Shown here in pieces: positions 1-9,056 of a stretch of 64,000 nucleotides of DNA (position 1 is the stretch's first letter; each line of letters starts with the position of its first letter). Below the pieces are notes generated by a model. It saw nothing but the letters and a program-made list of their open reading frames with translations. It had not been told where the DNA came from and made no database searches. This DNA comes from an uncultured Lachnospiraceae bacterium (lineage in GTDB: Bacteria > Bacillota > Clostridia > Lachnospirales > Lachnospiraceae), in the NCBI GenBank assembly GCA_949155905.1, contig CASCWU010000004.1, positions 174 through 64,173 on the forward strand, given 5' to 3'. The translations under genes were made by a program, and so were the position numbers.

Positions 1-333
1 ATCAACCGCTAAGTGCTGCTTTGAATTTTGCATTACTTTTCCGCATTGTGGCAAAAGAAATTACATTTTACGAATATGTGATTATATTTTTATATAGAGT
101 AAGCCAGCGTGAAAAGCATTCCTACTTTTACGCTGGCTTTTGCCTTTGCTATCGCCCATAAGCTGTATTCCAATTATGTTTTCAAATTATCTCCTTATGT
201 GGTGACAGCCTTTGCGGTTTTTCTTTTGTCGTTTTTTATCAGATTAAGGCATGAGCCTGTTTCTGCTGTAGGTTGCCGTTCACCACCGTCCAATCTGGAT
301 TTTTCAAAAAATTCAGATTGGAGGTAAAGACAA

Positions 334-768
334 GTGGCTTATAACCACGGACGAGAAGAAAGGAAATGGCGGCTTTGGAAAGAAGCTGAAGAAAAGATAT
401 TGCGTGAATGTGGTGTTTCGGAAAGTATCATTAAAGAAATCCGCAACTATGACAGGGCAGAGTTTAACTCTAATAGACGATTTTACAGACGCTTAAATGA
501 TGTCGGGGAATACATAGAGGATACCGCCGAGCAGGAACAAGTTGCAGAGGTCAAGACAATTATTGAGTTACTTGACGAAATTGAGAACGAAGCATTGTAT
601 CAAGTCTTACTTATGGTGGACAAGCATACCCTGCAAATCATACTGCTGAAAATGCAGGGCTATTCCACGAAAGAGATTGCTGTAATGATAGGTTTAACCG
701 AAAAGGCGATTTACAAAAGGCTTGACAGACTACGGGAAAAATTAAAACCGATTGTCGGGGAATTTTAG
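334..768 (+). CDS. Small sigma-70 region-4 type HTH protein (regulator type seen on Firmicutes conjugative transposons)
   Basis: 144-aa ORF with a GTG start. The C-terminal LLKMQGYSTKEIAVMIGLTEKAIYKRLDRLREKLK is a typical sigma-70 region 4 / LuxR-like HTH. No region 2 is visible. Confidence 0.6.
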   Translation: MAYNHGREERKWRLWKEAEEKILRECGVSESIIKEIRNYDRAEFNSNRRFYRRLNDVGEYIEDTAEQEQVAEVKTIIELLDEIENEALYQVLLMVDKHTLQIILLKMQGYSTKEIAVMIGLTEKAIYKRLDRLREKLKPIVGEF

Positions 769-834
769 GCTTTCCCGTGGACTATTGGGTGAGAGGGCAA
801 ACTTCTCACTCAATTTTTTCGGGAGGAAAGAACA

Positions 835-1308
835 ATGCTATATCGCACAAGAGCCTATATGCTTCGGCAGGTTGTCACGGAGGACGGCACACAATGCTTT
901 ATCGACTTTAAGGACGGGCAAGGCGTATTCCACGAATTGAATGTACTGTATGACTTTTTTATGGCGTTTCGGAGATTAGAGCTTGACAATCGAAAATTGG
1001 AAAATTGGGATTACCGACATCGGGAGTTTAACGAAGTATATGAAGAAACGTTGAACAGACGGGCATTGAGATTACCAAAGAATGTAGACGAGCTAATCAT
1101 TGAGGAAGAACAGACGGAACTGCTCTATAAGGCAATCAAGGCTTTGCCAGAAATACAGAAGCGGCGTTTCCTGCTCTATCACGAATATGACTGCAATTTT
1201 TATGAGATTGGGAAAATGGAACATTGTACGCCGCAGGCGGTAAGGCGTTCCGTTATTCTTGCCAGAGAAAAGATAAAGACACAGATGAAAAAATATCTCT
1301 GTGCCTGA
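835..1308 (+). CDS. Second sigma-70 region-4 type HTH protein
   Basis: 157-aa ORF with GGAGG upstream. The C-terminal RRFLLYHEYDCNFYEIGKMEHCTPQAVRRSVILAREKIK resembles a region-4 HTH. It lies in tandem with the previous gene. Confidence 0.55.
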   Translation: MLYRTRAYMLRQVVTEDGTQCFIDFKDGQGVFHELNVLYDFFMAFRRLELDNRKLENWDYRHREFNEVYEETLNRRALRLPKNVDELIIEEEQTELLYKAIKALPEIQKRRFLLYHEYDCNFYEIGKMEHCTPQAVRRSVILAREKIKTQMKKYLCA

Positions 1309-1473
1309 TAGGGATAACAAATGCCCTTGTATCTTCGGATATGAGGGTATTTTGTTATATGTTCTCTAATGGAATTTTGCAAGTGAAAAAAAGCTTGATT
1401 ACAGGAATCAAATGTTCTACAATAAAAATAAGCTTTTGTCTTGTAACATTTTTTTTAAAAAGGGGGCTCTTTC

Positions 1474-3426
1474 ATGAAAAACCATATCCGCGCTCTGCTG
1501 GCCGCAGTCCTGCCTGTCCTATTGCTGATTACAGCTATTCCGTCCATAGCAGACACAGAGCCTGTTGTTTCTGCTGCCGATACGTTTCAGGAAACGGCAG
1601 TGATCCGCAAAAAGCTGATTCCGCTTAAAACGGAACTGGAGACGAAAAGCTATCAATATGGCTCATCTGGTAATTTTAACTGGAACGAGGTATCTCCTGT
1701 CAGCGATTTTTTTGACCAAAACGGAACGTATACCATTGCCTATGCTGATGAGAATACCGTCTATATTTCTCATATCGGAAAAAATCTCGCGATTTCCGAC
1801 ACGATTGAAATTGCCAGGCCGATGCCTTTGATTGGCGGGGTTTGCTGCGGCGCAGACGGCAAATTTTATATTGCCTGCGGCCAAAATGATGAAAAAAGAG
1901 ACCACAGCGTTATGACCTTCGCCATTTACCAGTACGATTCTGCCGGGTGTTTTTTAAGCAAATGCGAGGATCGGGATTCCCTGAACCCGGAAGAGGACTG
2001 GGCCACCAGCAGGCCGTTTAGCAGCGGCAACTGTGCGATGGCGTTTCGCGGCAATATCCTGATTTGCTCCTATGGAAGAGGCATGTATAATGGCCATCAA
2101 TCTAACAAAGTCTTTTGCGTGGATACCACTACAATGGAACGGAACCGCGATTACGGCAGTTATACCAGCCATTCCTTTAACCAGGCTGTTCTGGTGACGA
2201 ACATACTGGACGAGGGTGCGGTTGTGTTTGCCGATCATGGAGATGCCTACCCGCGCGGCTTCCATATCAATATTAACCGGGAACCGATACAATATGAATA
2301 TTGTCAGGGACAGGTTCCGTTTCATTTTTACGGGGACATCGGCGATAACCATACCAATGCCCGCCTGACCGGGGTCGGAGAGCTGGAGAGCGGGATCGTC
2401 CTGGTTGGTTCCTCTGCCAAATCTCTGACTGCTGCAGAAAAAAATGAAAAGCAGCAGATGTTTTTACAGATTTTGGATTTTGATACCGTAGAGCCGATTC
2501 TTTCTGCCTCTTCCCGCACAGGAGGCTCTAAGACAGAAGATGCAGAATCCAAAAGCGAGGCCTATACCGATAAGGGAATTGTATGGCTGACCAATTACAA
2601 AAGCGCCGAAGCCAGAGCATCCGCCATGGTGCCGATTGCAAAGGACAAGGTTTTGGTCATGTGGGAAAAATGGGATAAAAATGGCAAGTTTGTCAATTCC
2701 TACTATTCGATCCTTTCCTCTACTGGAAAGATTTTAAAAAAGGCTGTCCCAATGCAGCACGCCCGGCTCAATGGAGCGGAAGAGCTGAAGTACCAGGATG
2801 GTTTTGTTTACTGGGTATATTCCGATGGAATGACTCCTTATGCAGAGCTTTACCAGATGGACGTGACGAAAACGTCAAAAGATAACATCCTAGAGGCAGT
2901 AGTGACGGTGACAGGCTCGACTGCTTATACTGGTAAGGCGGTCAAGCCTTCGGTAAGCGTTATCTATGAAGGGAAAAAGCTGAAAAAAGGCACCGACTAT
3001 ACCGTTTCCTACACCAACAATAAAAAAATAGGCTTCGGACAGATTAAGGTGAAGGGAAAAGGACGATATCACGGAACACTTGTCAGGGAATTTGTACTTG
3101 CTCCGGCAGTAAAGGGCTTTACGGGCAGCTATACCAAAGGAACTACGGGCACTACAGGCACTCTGAAGCTTTCTTGGAAAAAAGCCGCCGGAGCAACAGG
3201 GTATGAACTGCTGGTTTTAGATTCTTTTTTCGGCCCGCCGCAAAGTAAAAGCTCCGAGGGCTTCCCTGTCTACAGCAAACAGATTGGCAAAACAAAGACC
3301 TCTTATTCGGAAAAGCTTCCACAGAATAAAAACTCTACGTACTATATACGGCCTTATACGGATGTCAACGGGCAAAGGATTTACGGGGATTGGTCGGATT
3401 ATGTGTATACCTATCTGCTGCACTGA
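1474..3426 (+). CDS. Secreted surface protein with C-terminal Ig-like and FN3-like modules
   Basis: AGGGGG RBS and an N-terminal signal peptide (MKNHIRALLAAVLPVLLLITAIPSIADT). YTGKAVKPSVSVIYEGKKLKKGTDYTVSYTNNKKIGFGQIKVKGKGRYHG is the Ig-like repeat common in clostridial surface proteins. LKLSWKKAAGATGYELLV is FN3-like. Confidence 0.6.
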   Translation: MKNHIRALLAAVLPVLLLITAIPSIADTEPVVSAADTFQETAVIRKKLIPLKTELETKSYQYGSSGNFNWNEVSPVSDFFDQNGTYTIAYADENTVYISHIGKNLAISDTIEIARPMPLIGGVCCGADGKFYIACGQNDEKRDHSVMTFAIYQYDSAGCFLSKCEDRDSLNPEEDWATSRPFSSGNCAMAFRGNILICSYGRGMYNGHQSNKVFCVDTTTMERNRDYGSYTSHSFNQAVLVTNILDEGAVVFADHGDAYPRGFHININREPIQYEYCQGQVPFHFYGDIGDNHTNARLTGVGELESGIVLVGSSAKSLTAAEKNEKQQMFLQILDFDTVEPILSASSRTGGSKTEDAESKSEAYTDKGIVWLTNYKSAEARASAMVPIAKDKVLVMWEKWDKNGKFVNSYYSILSSTGKILKKAVPMQHARLNGAEELKYQDGFVYWVYSDGMTPYAELYQMDVTKTSKDNILEAVVTVTGSTAYTGKAVKPSVSVIYEGKKLKKGTDYTVSYTNNKKIGFGQIKVKGKGRYHGTLVREFVLAPAVKGFTGSYTKGTTGTTGTLKLSWKKAAGATGYELLVLDSFFGPPQSKSSEGFPVYSKQIGKTKTSYSEKLPQNKNSTYYIRPYTDVNGQRIYGDWSDYVYTYLLH

Positions 3427-3480
3427 GCTTCACGGAACGGGTAGGGCTGACTTATCGAGAATGACAAAAAGACTAAAAAA

Positions 3481-3517
3481 GGGAACCGTCCTGACTGCCC
3501 CTGGAAGGACGGTTCCC
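3481..3517. terminator. Bidirectional rho-independent terminator between convergent genes
   Basis: GGGAACCGTCC-loop-GGACGGTTCCC, an 11-bp perfect stem. An A-run precedes it and TTTCTCT follows. Confidence 0.6.
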
Positions 3518-3550
3518 TTTCTCTGCAAGCGGAATTCACAATTATTTCCT

Positions 3551-4579
3551 CTATAAATTATTTTTTAAATATGTAAAAATAAAATTATAGTATTTGTCTT
3601 TCTTGATATTATAAAATTCAATAATTTTATTAGCAGTAGAATATGCCATAGCAAAGTCTTCTTTTGTTATAAATCCATTGTCTAATAATTCCTTTAATTC
3701 TTCTTCGCCCATCATAAAGGGTTCCTGATTATATGGAATGCACACATCTAATTTCATATCTATAAAAAACGGATTTTCCTGGTTATAAAAATTGTTTAAT
3801 CTAGTAATGTCAAAGCGGCTTTCTATTAAATTGTTATCACTGTCAAACATAACCGTTAGCCACCAGTTATCATTTTTAGGAGCAATTATAATATTTTTAA
3901 TACCTATAGGAGAATTCACCTTCAAAGGCCTTTCTACCTCGTTCATAGTTAATATACAAATTTTACCCTCCAAACAGTGATTCTTAAAATCCTCTATTTT
4001 AACAATTTTATCTCTGATTCTACTACAATCCTCTCTTTTTAAATCCCTTATTTCAAAACAAATGTTCCTATTGTTATTTAATTTTATCCGTGTTAAATAT
4101 TCATCTTCCTTTTCTCCGCATAAATATGCACCACATTTCATTTGTACCTTCAATGATGCAGGGTTATTTTTATGAGAGGACAAATATATCTCCTCTTCTT
4201 TCACTAATTTTCTACATTCCTCTATTGCAAGCTTTAAACCTTTTGTCGCATACCCATTTCCTCTGTACTCTTTTAAAATTGCATATCCTATATGGCCTGA
4301 ACCTTGTTTCAAAAAATCATTTAAGTAATGTCTTATTTTAAACAGACCCACAATATTTTGATTATTCCATAGAAAAAAATAAGAATCAGGAACATGTCCT
4401 TCGGGAAGCTCCATTCCCTCTGAATTCTTTAATAACTTTGGTATAATTTCATTTTTGAAATTTTCTTTTGATACATTCCAATATTCATTTCCAAACCCAT
4501 TTTCATTATATGGAATTTTTGTTATTGCTTTATATTCTTCATCAATATCTTCAAAATTTATTTTTTTTAAAAACAGCAT
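3551..4579 (-). CDS. GNAT N-acetyltransferase fused to a DUF402 (FomD/nucleoside-diphosphatase-like) domain
   Basis: GGGGGA RBS. The N-terminal half has the GNAT core (GYAILKEYRGNGYATKGLKLAIEE). The C-terminal half has a DUF402-like FFIDMKLDVCIPYNQEPFMMGEEELKELLDNGFITKEDF. The gene is conspicuously AT-rich compared with its neighbours. Confidence 0.55.
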   Translation of the reverse strand: MLFLKKINFEDIDEEYKAITKIPYNENGFGNEYWNVSKENFKNEIIPKLLKNSEGMELPEGHVPDSYFFLWNNQNIVGLFKIRHYLNDFLKQGSGHIGYAILKEYRGNGYATKGLKLAIEECRKLVKEEEIYLSSHKNNPASLKVQMKCGAYLCGEKEDEYLTRIKLNNNRNICFEIRDLKREDCSRIRDKIVKIEDFKNHCLEGKICILTMNEVERPLKVNSPIGIKNIIIAPKNDNWWLTVMFDSDNNLIESRFDITRLNNFYNQENPFFIDMKLDVCIPYNQEPFMMGEEELKELLDNGFITKEDFAMAYSTANKIIEFYNIKKDKYYNFIFTYLKNNL

Positions 4580-4675
4580 AATATCCCCCTTAACCTAACA
4601 GGTCTCCTTATCATAATTAGATTTTCTCATAGAAGACCTGTTTTGTTTCACCGTTTACCAAAAGCTTTCATACTC

Positions 4676-5641
4676 TCAAAAAAACTCCTCCAAATATTGG
4701 TTTAGCTTCTCCTCTGATAAAGGATAACGCTTAAAAACAATATCCCTTGTATCTGCCCGGCTCATACCAAGCTCGCAAAGCGTCAGAACCAGATTTTTAA
4801 TGCCTTCCCGAACACCTTCCTCTTTTCCTTCCTCTTTCCCTTCTTCTCTACCTTCCTCTCTACCTTCCTCTCTACCTTCTTCTCTACCTTTCTCTCTGCC
4901 TTCCTCTCTACCTTTCTCTTTACCTTCCTCCATAAGCCTTTTTATCTCTGGCTCCATAATCCTCAATAACGCCTGGCACATATGCACATCTCCTCTCCAT
5001 TCTTTGATTAGATCTTCGTTGGCCTGTATACTGACCTCCAGGACGGAATCCATCAGACGATGATCGAACTTCTCCTGTAATTTTTTGGCATATTCCAATA
5101 ACCGCCAAAGATGGTCCTTTTTTAATTCCCTCGTCAATGCCTTCAAAACAATATGAACGTCGGATTCCAGTTCTTTTGTTACGATGATTTGAACAGGAAA
5201 CAAAAACCCTTCTAATATATAATAAATGCCCGGATAAGGGTTCGTTGATTCTATCTGATTTGCTGCAAAATATTTAAAAAGCTTTTCCGGTTTGGCTTCT
5301 CTGACAAAGGAAACCGTGATATCCTTTACCGGACGGCTATCTACACCCTTTCCATAGGATTTGTAAAGACAGGCATAGCCAAGTACCTTGTATAAAACAT
5401 CAATGTCCATCTGATCCCCTGGCGATTTATATTCTAAAAGATTGTCCCGACGAAAAAACTTCCCGATTTCGTTTTTGATTTCGGCAGAAGCCTCTTTTTT
5501 GATTACTAACAAATCAACCTCTAACGGCTTGGTGTTGAGGTTATACTCTGCTTCAAAATACAGTTCCTTCCGGTTTTCTGATAACTCCAGCTCCATAGCA
5601 GCCACAAAGGCCGGGTGCCATTGAATGAGCGTTTTTTCCAT
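4676..5641 (-). CDS. Rpn/YhgA-like PD-(D/E)XK family protein (putative recombination-promoting nuclease/transposase-like) with expanded G(R/K)EE repeat
   Basis: EVDLLVIKK ... NLLEYKSP fits a D...ExK nuclease core. The C-terminal (K/R)EEG repeats followed by a short helical tail resemble the DUF4351-type tail of Rpn proteins. Confidence 0.5.
   Translation of the reverse strand: MEKTLIQWHPAFVAAMELELSENRKELYFEAEYNLNTKPLEVDLLVIKKEASAEIKNEIGKFFRRDNLLEYKSPGDQMDIDVLYKVLGYACLYKSYGKGVDSRPVKDITVSFVREAKPEKLFKYFAANQIESTNPYPGIYYILEGFLFPVQIIVTKELESDVHIVLKALTRELKKDHLWRLLEYAKKLQEKFDHRLMDSVLEVSIQANEDLIKEWRGDVHMCQALLRIMEPEIKRLMEEGKEKGREEGREKGREEGREEGREEGREEGKEEGKEEGVREGIKNLVLTLCELGMSRADTRDIVFKRYPLSEEKLNQYLEEFF
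4815..4931 (-). repeat. In-frame 12-bp tandem repeat (about 10 units) encoding G(R/K)E(E/K)
   Basis: The + strand reads ctctaccttcct / ctctaccttctt / ctctacctttct and so on. The translation is EGKEKGREEGREKGREEGREEGREEGREEGKEEGKEEG. Confidence 0.85.
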
Positions 5642-5739
5642 ATCATGCCCCTTTTTTATTTTTTATTTAAAAGTCGATTTGATTGTCAGTTACTGTCAAT
5701 TCTATTATAGAATAGTTTCTGGAATTTGGCAAGACAAAA

Positions 5740-5783
5740 GCAGCCTGTAAGATAAGATACTTTCACAGGCTGCTTTCTTTTTT
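5740..5783 (-). terminator. Rho-independent terminator downstream of the glycosidase gene
   Basis: GCAGCCTGT ... ACAGGCTGC, a 9-bp stem. T-runs flank it on both strands (TTTTGTCTT on the minus strand). Confidence 0.6.
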
Positions 5784-5843
5784 ATGCACACGTGCCTATA
5801 GAGGCGGGAGTCCTCACCTATCTGATATAAGGACTGCAGAAAT

Positions 5844-8582
5844 TTACTTCGCTACAACGCTGACCTTTCCTACAATTCCACTCGGTGCGATCACAGACGG
5901 GCCGCCTCTCATCGGGCTTCCGCCTGCTCCGTTCATCGCCTGCACACGGTTAAACAGAGTATTGGCCACTTCGATCCGTACATGATTTTTTCCGGCCTGT
6001 ACTGCCTTGGTAATATCAAACGTATACGGAGGACAGATCTTCATACCGATATATTCCTCGTTGATCCATACCTCTACGCCCTCATAGGCATCTTCGATAT
6101 GAAGCAGCGTCTGATGTTCTCCGATTTGTCCATCTGCCTCCTGGCTTCCTGCCGCTGCCAGTACAAGGTCTGTCTCATAACGCATAAATCCAGAGAAATC
6201 CGGGTATCTTCTGCCGACATTGACGAGTTCGCTTACCGTCTCCTCGTCATGGAACTCAGGGTATTCCTTATTTTCTGCAAGAGAAAGTCTCCATTCCTTT
6301 GCAAGCGCCTTCCACTCGCCTCCGGCCGGACAGGCTTTTACCGTTTCATACTCCTTTAAATCAGCAAATACATATAGCTCGGTCTGATACGGCTCCAAAT
6401 GAACGTGAAGCCTTGTCCCTTCCTCCACCTCCGCGGCAAGAGCCGGATACACCAGGTTCTCCATGGCATCATAAAGGGAAACTGCACCTTTTACCGGAAC
6501 CGTCACCATCCCGTCAAATGCCTTCCCTGGGTCTTCGTTGGAAAACAGATACAGATGCGCTCCATTCTTATTATAGTGATAATAGCGCAGACGTGCAAAC
6601 GGCGTTTCCGAGGCTACCTCATATAAGAGCTGTTCTCTCAATGTTTCTGCCAAATCCTCCAGATAAACTACCTGGCAGGCTTCTAAACCCTCTATCAGCC
6701 CTTTCTCCGTTTTTGGATCGCACTTTCCGCAGATTCCCTCTGGAAGCCCGTCTATAAACAGCACAGGAAAGCCCTCTCTGGCGGCGGCTCCTGCAAAGGC
6801 CGCTACCTCCTTCGTAATAAACTGTGCATATGGTACCACCAACGTCTGATATTCCTCTCCGTTGACCTTTAAGGTCTTGTCAAAAGAGGCGTTAAAATAC
6901 TCCATATCGGCAAACAAATCCGATGGTACAACGTCAAAATCGATCTGATGCTCTAACAGCTCCCTGGACGGCTCCTGAAGGAACATATAGTCTCCCGTCC
7001 ACTCTGCTTCTCCATGATAAAGCATAGCAACCGGCGCTATGTGTAAGCCACCGTTTAACAGCTCGCACATCCGGTTCATATAGTGCATCAGCTTTCCGAA
7101 ATGGCGGTACTGCGGGTTTTCCCCATGCGCGTAAAAATGCGGCGGACAGTCCGGATCCGGAAATGCCTTCGGCGAAAACGCATGAGGCACATAGGTATTG
7201 ACGCCGCGCACAAGGAAATGATCCAGTACATACTTCATTTTCCGCACACCAAAATCCCAGCCATAGGCGCCAAAGATCTCACACATCGCCCGTCCCTGCT
7301 TCTTCGGATCGATATGGGCAAAGGAGGAACCAAGCTTCCCTAAGGCGAAATGATAGAATTCCCCGTCTCCGGCAGGCCCGAAGCCCTTGACACGGTTATG
7401 ATTTTCCCCGCCTAAGAGTACCTGGCCGCCAATATCGTCAATCCCGGACATATGCTGCCCGTACATCGAACGGAAATAGTGTCCCTGACTGCAGCCTAAA
7501 CGGCTATGCTGGTTATTGTCCTCAATGATATGGCCAATGTATTCCACACCATGCTCCTCACACCATTTCCCAATCTGGCCGGCAAAGCAACGGTCTACCA
7601 GCTTCGTCACGCTATCCATATAGGCATAGCGTACCTTTGCCGTCAGCTCCTCGTCCCCGGCATCCGTCCAGAGCGCCGGAAGCAGTCTGACATAATCTGC
7701 ACCAAGCTGTTCTGCCATCATCCCCGGCATATGCTTACTCCATGGCAGAGGCATCGCACGCCGGCCGATGGATTCGTTCATATCAAAGCCTACGGTATTG
7801 CCAATCGCTGGTTCATCCGAGAAAAAGCCTGCAATCGTTTTCCCGAAATCATCCTTATAATGCTCCCAATGCGGCTCATAGACCGCATCGATCTGTACCC
7901 GGCACGACTCTTCGTCAAGCATATTGATATAATCCGTCCGACCACCGCCGTTCTTTGTTGCATAGCATACAAAAATACGCCACATTCCGTCCGGCACATC
8001 CCAATCCAGCACGCCATCCTTCACGTATTCCGTAATATCCAATAACGTATCGTCTACATGATCTCCGCTTCCCTCGCCGTCCAGCTTAGAAGCAATCACA
8101 GCAATCAGCCTGTCATCGTCGAATTCTCTTACTTTTGCCCCGCGCATAAACATCGAAGCCATTCCGCCGGAAAACGGATTCGGCGTATACCTTGCCATTT
8201 CACCTACCTTTAAAATCGCCTGCGGCATCGGCCCGCAAATATCCGCCTGGCTGACGTTGATATACTGCTTACACAGCTCCGGTGCGGCGTCTGTCATTTT
8301 TCCTGCTGCAAAGCCTGTCGGAAAATGAGCGTCATCTAAAATCCATACCTTCATCTCCCGCTTTCTGGCCTCGTCTAAAATAATGTCCATATCGTGCCAC
8401 CACTGCGGCCCTACATAATCCGGATGCGGTCTGGCCTCTACGCACACCGCTCCAATCCCGCAGTCATAAATAGCGCCCATATACTCGCGCAATACCTCTT
8501 CGGTTTCCCCATGCTGCCAGAAAAACGGTAAAATATAATTTCCCCCTGCATCCTGCAGCAGATTTTGAATCGTTTGTTTCAT
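5844..8582 (-). CDS. Putative glycoside hydrolase (N-terminal TIM-barrel-like domain, C-terminal galactose-binding-like beta-sandwich)
   Basis: 912-aa ORF with a GGGAGA RBS. The N-terminus LPFFWQHGETEEVLREYM..VCVEARPHPDY matches what I recall of uncharacterised clostridial GHs. The C-terminal VEVWINEEYIGMKICPPYTFDITKAVQAGKNHVRIEVANT matches the GH2-type sugar-binding domain pattern. The family is not assigned. Confidence 0.5.
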   Translation of the reverse strand: MKQTIQNLLQDAGGNYILPFFWQHGETEEVLREYMGAIYDCGIGAVCVEARPHPDYVGPQWWHDMDIILDEARKREMKVWILDDAHFPTGFAAGKMTDAAPELCKQYINVSQADICGPMPQAILKVGEMARYTPNPFSGGMASMFMRGAKVREFDDDRLIAVIASKLDGEGSGDHVDDTLLDITEYVKDGVLDWDVPDGMWRIFVCYATKNGGGRTDYINMLDEESCRVQIDAVYEPHWEHYKDDFGKTIAGFFSDEPAIGNTVGFDMNESIGRRAMPLPWSKHMPGMMAEQLGADYVRLLPALWTDAGDEELTAKVRYAYMDSVTKLVDRCFAGQIGKWCEEHGVEYIGHIIEDNNQHSRLGCSQGHYFRSMYGQHMSGIDDIGGQVLLGGENHNRVKGFGPAGDGEFYHFALGKLGSSFAHIDPKKQGRAMCEIFGAYGWDFGVRKMKYVLDHFLVRGVNTYVPHAFSPKAFPDPDCPPHFYAHGENPQYRHFGKLMHYMNRMCELLNGGLHIAPVAMLYHGEAEWTGDYMFLQEPSRELLEHQIDFDVVPSDLFADMEYFNASFDKTLKVNGEEYQTLVVPYAQFITKEVAAFAGAAAREGFPVLFIDGLPEGICGKCDPKTEKGLIEGLEACQVVYLEDLAETLREQLLYEVASETPFARLRYYHYNKNGAHLYLFSNEDPGKAFDGMVTVPVKGAVSLYDAMENLVYPALAAEVEEGTRLHVHLEPYQTELYVFADLKEYETVKACPAGGEWKALAKEWRLSLAENKEYPEFHDEETVSELVNVGRRYPDFSGFMRYETDLVLAAAGSQEADGQIGEHQTLLHIEDAYEGVEVWINEEYIGMKICPPYTFDITKAVQAGKNHVRIEVANTLFNRVQAMNGAGGSPMRGGPSVIAPSGIVGKVSVVAK

Positions 8583-9056
8583 GTTATTTTTCTCCCTATC
8601 CTTCCTGCTGCGACTAACTGTTTCAAAAAATCATACGGTTTCACAGGACCGGCGCAGCACAATCCCGTTCCGGCCAATCAAAACAGGCCAGAATATTCCT
8701 GTATCTTATTGTAACGGATTTTTTCTGGAAATGTAAGTCCTTGTTTTTTACCTTTTCAGGCTTCTGACAGGATGAATGATTATTTTACTAGGACAAAAAA
8801 GGTTCTTGATTTTTTACAGCTAAAAGAAAAGAAGTTTGCTATTCTCCGGCCTGATAAGCACTATGCCATGAATAAAAACTATTTTCCTGCTGCTTTAAAA
8901 AAAACGAACCCCTCTATTTTCCCGGAATAGTTGATATTTTGCGTTAAATAATTTACAATTATGCTGTGACAGACAAAGAAGGACACAAACTACCTATTAT
9001 ATAACGGACAAGAAAAGACACAAAATACTTATTCTATATTAGAAAGGATGAAAGCC

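Noticed and set aside
109-327. 72-aa hydrophobic ORF upstream of the first sigma-like gene
   Set aside because: It has an alternative start codon, no clear RBS and no recognisable family. It could be a small membrane protein, but I cannot support it.
4800-5063. + strand ORF encoding PSSFPSSLPSSL repeats
   Set aside because: It is the reverse-complement reading of the G(R/K)EE microsatellite in the Rpn-like gene, an artefact of the repeat.
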